Below, one piece after another: positions 63,501 to 64,000 of a stretch of 64,000 bases of DNA. Both the position numbers and the translations under genes were made by a program. The notes beneath the pieces were generated by a model. That model made no database searches and was not told the DNA's origin. It saw nothing but the letters and a program-made list of their open reading frames with translations. This DNA is from Diadema antillarum (Eukaryota). The stretch lies in NCBI RefSeq assembly GCF_040938485.1, contig NW_027271094.1, positions 1,736,001 through 1,800,000 of the forward strand, written 5' to 3'. The stretch's first letter is position 1, and each line of letters begins with the position of its first letter.

Positions 63501-63872
63501 TGTTCATTTATGCTTAAAATCTCAGCATGCGATAGAAGCGCCCTTCTCGTTCTCATCTGCCAATATATTTTTGAATGTTGTGCAAATGTTGAAAAGTCTG
63601 TATTGAAATTATAATTTCTATGTACTTTAAAGATCGTTTGTTGTAAATGAGATAAATTGTTATCACTCCTGATATGTTTTCTCCTTGGCTCCACCATACA
63701 GGAAGTCCCTTCAGACCATCCATTCAAGACAGCATTGACGCCAGCAAGGTTAAGGCATATGGTCCCGGCCTGGAGAAGAATGCAGTCAGGTCCAACGTCC
63801 CCGCCCCTTTCAAAGTGGATGCCACCAAGGCTGGAAAGGCTCCCCTGGAAGTCACCGTTGTGCAAGAGAGGG
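1070..63872 (+). CDS. FLNA: Filamin (filamin-A-like; co-ortholog of vertebrate FLNA/B/C), 5' part, 3'-incomplete. join(1070..1433,27904..28158,28961..29058,43057..43185,43832..44044,44557..44719,46820..47014,47855..47992,52026..52292,53928..54121,54619..54876,55465..55582,56469..56711,57496..58368,61805..61981,62599..62922,63702..63872)
   Basis: Manual splicing gives one open frame of 4180 nt with GT-AG at every junction and matching phases. The translation has filamin ABD motifs ([65 protein letters not shown]) followed by Ig-like repeats with the KVxAxGPGL...YxP...G.Y...SPF signature. Confidence 0.97.
4423..4483. repeat. Small hairpin with 14-bp perfect stem
   Basis: tgtctgaactagct ... agctagttcagaca; the loop ctgaaac..gtatagc resembles part of the 19294 element. 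Confidence 0.7.
4895..4987 (+). mobile_element. 93-bp TTAA-flanked MITE (piggyBac-like termini), copy 1
   Basis: TTAA-CCC(T/G)TTGAGGAC...GTCCTCAACGGG-TTAA; one of six copies in the window. Confidence 0.85.
5104..5144. repeat. Small hairpin aaccatggag...ctccatggtt
   Basis: 10-bp perfect stem. Confidence 0.6.
6554..6968. mobile_element. GC-rich non-autonomous DNA transposon with 5-bp TSD (AGAAA)
   Basis: Termini CAGGGGTGTATCCAGG...CTTGCATACACCCATG; AGAAA at 6549-6553 and 6969-6973. Confidence 0.75.
11387..11480 (-). mobile_element. 93-bp TTAA MITE, copy 2 (diverged)
   Basis: Shares tttcccatagacacc..cccaagtatactc and ...ttcaacaggttaa with the other copies. Confidence 0.75.
12004..12242 (+). 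mobile_element. TACTGTA...TACAGTA (TA-target) non-autonomous DNA transposon, family A
   Basis: Terminal TACTGTAT.CG / CGTATACAGTA; internal sequence is the reverse complement of 21991..22207. Confidence 0.75.
12292..12340. repeat. (CAC)n/(AAC)n microsatellite
   Basis: Direct reading. Confidence 0.9.
15585..15758. mobile_element. MITE with CAGTGGCGGATCCAG termini and 5-bp TSD (TGTAC)
   Basis: TIR cagtggcggatccag / ctggatccgcccctc; TGTAC on both sides (15580-15584, 15759-15763). Confidence 0.8.
16686..16895 (+). mobile_element. TACTGTA-type MITE, family B, with internal gcgaaaatttcatgccg subrepeats
   Basis: Starts tactgtaa, ends ttttacacta; diverged reverse copy at about 41855..42063. Confidence 0.65.
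17200..17591. mobile_element. TTAA-flanked MITE with AGG...CCT ends (Kolobok-like termini)
   Basis: ttaaaggcattatttaccatt ... agtggtaaactgtacctttaa imperfect TIRs. Confidence 0.65.
19294..19730. mobile_element. TIR element with tgttcagaYgcaa termini and internal gtctgaa repeats
   Basis: agggtgttcagatgcaaaaatttatac at the left versus gtataaactggcttgcgtctgaacagggg at the right. Confidence 0.55.
20486..20980. mobile_element. TIR element related to 19294 (ttaggcccctttcagatg...catctgaaaggg), possibly PIF/Harbinger-like
   Basis: Inverted termini; shares the aagccccgcc.a.ttatac motif with the 19294 element in opposite orientation. Confidence 0.5.
21991..22207 (-). mobile_element. Family A TA-type MITE, inverted copy, one end truncated
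   Basis: gttgggaagtcccgattcacga and ttaaccac match the reverse complement of the 12004 copy; ends gcgtatacagta. Confidence 0.75.
22407..22457. repeat. (AAC)n microsatellite
   Basis: Direct reading. Confidence 0.95.
22560..23548. mobile_element. ~990-bp foldback element with ~450-bp imperfect inverted arms and TTAA-AG...CT-TTAA ends (Kolobok-like termini)
   Basis: ttaaagataataaaaagttttggtacctcaaaag at the left is the reverse complement of cttttgaggtaccaaaactttttattatctttaa at the right; pairing continues inward to about 23033/23077. Confidence 0.9.
26363..26455 (-). mobile_element. 93-bp TTAA MITE, copy 3
   Basis: Intact TIRs and perfect internal palindrome CCCGAGTATACTCGGG. Confidence 0.9.
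26477..26520. repeat. (AG)n(AAG)n compound microsatellite
   Basis: Direct reading. Confidence 0.95.
27178..27225. repeat. Perfect tandem duplication, 2 x 24 bp
   Basis: aatagcaataagctttcagtgaga twice. Confidence 0.95.
27761..27844. repeat. Tandem duplication, 2 x 42 bp
   Basis: atccccaccgatacccttcaatatagagcagccaccaggaag repeated with 3 mismatches. Confidence 0.95.
27904..28158 (+). CDS. FLNA: Filamin exon 2: end of CH1 and start of CH2 ([18 protein letters not shown]...ALVDAIAP-G), phase 1-1
   Basis: Pyrimidine tract and CAG at 27901-27903; donor G|GTAACC at 28159; classic filamin ABD sequence. Confidence 0.97.
28961..29058 (+). CDS. FLNA: Filamin exon 3: CH2 ([33 protein letters not shown]), phase 1-0
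   Basis: Acceptor ctctctcccctccag; donor CAG|GTAAGG at 29059. Not in the ORF track but translates to the conserved LCPDW...DWL.VPQ motif. Confidence 0.96.
29076..29408. mobile_element. MITE with TIR ttaaggccaccgcacactacacgat / atcgtgtagtgtgcggcgggcttaa (PIF/Harbinger-like)
   Basis: ~25-bp TIR; internal cgaccagtcgta and gtcttaag subrepeats; starts 17 nt downstream of the exon 3 donor. Confidence 0.85.
29405..29497 (-). mobile_element. 93-bp TTAA MITE, copy 4
   Basis: ttaacccgttgaggac...gtcttcaacgggttaa. Confidence 0.88.
29494..29975. mobile_element. TTAA/Kolobok-like MITE, family C (right end eroded)
   Basis: Starts ttaagagacaagttcgccc; subterminal gtggattga..gaatgaagtgcagtattagtagaac pairs with gttctactgatattgctgcattcattcaatccac; colinear with 53300..53853. 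Confidence 0.7.
32586..32841. repeat. Array of ~15-bp subrepeats in two opposed arms (ccgaaggttcgttaat / cggaatagcgaacct), probable DNA-transposon remnant
   Basis: Several direct copies on the left and reverse-complement copies on the right. Confidence 0.75.
33665..33726. repeat. (AT)n microsatellite
   Basis: Direct reading. Confidence 0.98.
36650..37111. mobile_element. TIR element ggtgcgtttatctaa / ttagataaacgcagcc (Harbinger-like termini)
   Basis: 15-bp near-perfect inverted termini; TSD unclear. Confidence 0.6.
37876..38132. other. Assembly gap (257 N) in filamin intron 3
   Basis: Run of N. Confidence 1.
38764..38950. mobile_element. Hairpin MITE (ggggtgtttcataaagctgttcgtaaagttacgaac...gttcgtaactttatgaacagctttatgaacccc)
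   Basis: Arms pair over about 70 bp, including gactggtgatcagttct / agaactgatcaccagtc. Confidence 0.85.
39119..39211 (+). mobile_element. 93-bp TTAA MITE, copy 5
   Basis: ttaaccctttgaagac...gtcctcaacaggttaa. Confidence 0.85.
41855..42063 (-). mobile_element. Family B MITE, diverged inverted copy
   Basis: tttgcagcataaaattttttgcaaattcgagccgatggtctttttcgcggcat aligns by eye to the reverse complement of the 16686 copy. Confidence 0.55.
43057..43185 (+). CDS. FLNA: Filamin exon 4: end of CH2 and linker ([43 protein letters not shown]), phase 0-0
   Basis: Acceptor tttctctctccttgcaatgtag; donor AAG|GTAAAA at 43186; matches the MTYLS.FPKAKLK.GAPLRPK motif. Confidence 0.96.
43668..43755 (-). mobile_element. 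93-bp TTAA MITE, copy 6 (right TTAA lost)
   Basis: ttaacccgttgaggac...gtcctcaacgg. Confidence 0.85.
43832..44044 (+). CDS. FLNA: Filamin exon 5: Ig repeat 1 ([13 protein letters not shown]...ISGKHT), phase 0-0
   Basis: Acceptor tttcattgcag; donor ACG|GTAGGG at 44045. Confidence 0.96.
44557..44719 (+). CDS. FLNA: Filamin exon 6: end of repeat 1, start of repeat 2 ([15 protein letters not shown]...FEIFTA-G), phase 0-1
   Basis: Acceptor ctcctttcacatgcag; donor G|GTAAAA at 44720. Confidence 0.95.
46820..47014 (+). CDS. FLNA: Filamin exon 7: repeat 2 ([11 protein letters not shown]...FNVKISH-A), phase 1-1
   Basis: Acceptor gtgttacag; donor G|GTACGT at 47015. Confidence 0.95.
47855..47992 (+). 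CDS. FLNA: Filamin exon 8: repeat 3 N-half ([46 protein letters not shown]), phase 1-1
   Basis: Acceptor tgttcatcatgcag; donor G|GTGAGC at 47993; the GRGLQPKG motif is typical of repeat 3. Confidence 0.95.
48860..49135. repeat. Degenerate (TGA/TGG/TGC)n trinucleotide low-complexity tract
   Basis: Direct reading. Confidence 0.85.
51731..51737 (+). promoter_or_regulatory. Candidate distant branch point TACTAAC for exon 9 (branch A 51736)
   Basis: Perfect consensus followed by a pyrimidine tract; no AG from 51690 to 52023. Confidence 0.6.
52026..52292 (+). CDS. FLNA: Filamin exon 9: repeat 3 C-half and repeat 4 N-part ([11 protein letters not shown]...TNGAVGAL-G), phase 1-1
   Basis: AG at 52024-52025; donor G|GTAAGC at 52293; ORF 52043..52333. 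Confidence 0.95.
53005..53173. mobile_element. Short TTAA-CCCT...AGGG-TTA element (piggyBac-like termini) enclosing poly-C/poly-T/poly-G runs
   Basis: ttaaccctaaaagggccgg ... ccggcctgattagggttag. Confidence 0.6.
53300..53853. mobile_element. Family C MITE, near-complete copy just upstream of exon 10
   Basis: TIR aaaggacaagttcacct / aggtgaacttgtccttt; internal cttgacttgcct shared with the 29494 copy. Confidence 0.8.
53928..54121 (+). CDS. FLNA: Filamin exon 10: repeat 4 ([21 protein letters not shown]...GGFDASK), phase 1-0
   Basis: Acceptor gtctgttaccag; donor AAG|GTACAA at 54122. Confidence 0.95.
54441..54509. repeat. (TG)n microsatellite in intron 10
   Basis: Direct reading. Confidence 0.98.
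54619..54876 (+). CDS. FLNA: Filamin exon 11: repeat 5 ([12 protein letters not shown]...[13 protein letters not shown]), phase 0-0
   Basis: Acceptor ctcttgccctccttcag; donor AAG|GTAATG at 54877; the [14 protein letters not shown] motif matches repeat 5. Confidence 0.96.
55465..55582 (+). CDS. FLNA: Filamin exon 12: repeat 6 N-part ([19 protein letters not shown]...DCKEAGK-A), phase 0-1
   Basis: Acceptor ccatcttaccgcag; donor G|GTATCG at 55583. Confidence 0.95.
56200..56361. mobile_element. MITE of the same family as 15585, 5-bp TSD (AAACT)
   Basis: cattggcggatacagg...cccccctttacagaattcctgaatccacccctg; right end nearly identical to the 15585 copy; AAACT flanks both sides. Confidence 0.8.
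56469..56711 (+). CDS. FLNA: Filamin exon 13: repeat 6 C-part plus first strand of the repeat-8 equivalent ([11 protein letters not shown]...[12 protein letters not shown]), phase 1-1
   Basis: Poly-C acceptor ending CACAG at 56468; donor A|GTGAGT at 56712. Confidence 0.94.
57496..58368 (+). CDS. FLNA: Filamin exon 14 (873 nt): rest of repeat 8, repeats 9 and 10, first strand of repeat 11 (human numbering), phase 1-1
   Basis: Acceptor ttgtttgcag at 57495; donor G|GTAAAA at 58369; ORF 57486..58613 encodes three Ig-repeat units. Confidence 0.94.
61805..61981 (+). CDS. FLNA: Filamin exon 15: repeat 11 ([16 protein letters not shown]...[11 protein letters not shown]), phase 1-1
   Basis: Acceptor ccctttgacgtatag; donor G|GTGTGT at 61982. 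This frame is not in the ORF track but is open and has the KDN.D.T..VSYTP..QG motif. Confidence 0.92.
62599..62922 (+). CDS. FLNA: Filamin exon 16: end of repeat 11 and repeat 12 ([10 protein letters not shown]...TFADEAIP-G), phase 1-1
   Basis: Acceptor cttcctgactatcatcag; donor G|GTCAGT at 62923; [23 protein letters not shown] is typical of repeat 12. Confidence 0.95.
63702..63872 (+). CDS. FLNA: Filamin exon 17: end of repeat 12, start of repeat 13 ([23 protein letters not shown]...[10 protein letters not shown]), phase 1-1; gene continues beyond the window
   Basis: Acceptor ccaccatacag at 63701; donor G|GTGAGA at 63873. Confidence 0.94.
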
Positions 63873-64000
63873 GTGAGAAATAAAAAAAAAATAAAGGGCT
63901 TGGTACTCCTCTGGTACATTAGCCATGGCAGATGACTAATGGTTTCAGGAAGAAAAGGTTCTGTTTCGTGTCTGTTCTGGATGATGATGGACCTTCAGAA

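Overview
Eukaryotic (animal) genomic DNA, AT-rich with CpG-poor introns. The repeat style is compatible with an echinoderm such as a sea urchin, but that is inference only. Almost the whole window is the 5' part of one plus-strand filamin gene (FLNA/B/C co-ortholog, cheerio-like). I resolved 17 coding exons from ATG 1070 to 63872, all GT-AG and phase-consistent: 4180 nt, about 1393 codons. They encode the CH1-CH2 actin-binding domain, 11 complete Ig-like filamin repeats and part of a 12th; the gene runs off the right edge. The introns hold non-autonomous DNA transposons/MITEs, microsatellites, homopolymers and a 257-nt N gap, and a LINE RT 3' remnant lies upstream on the minus strand. Nearly all other ORFs in the track are spurious. 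I found no RNA genes, CRISPR arrays or autonomous novel system. Best leads: (1) an 873-nt strongly acidic, frame- and domain-register-preserving exon preceded by a GCAUG-rich intron, a candidate regulated three-repeat cassette; (2) a distant branch point (TACTAAC) with a ~334-nt AG-free zone before exon 9; (3) absence of the human repeat-7 equivalent; (4) changes at conserved Thr residues in actin-binding sites; (5) unusual transposon architecture: three elements chained through shared TTAA, a ~1-kb foldback, and a family with 5-bp TSDs. Comparisons with human FLNA are from recall and need alignment.
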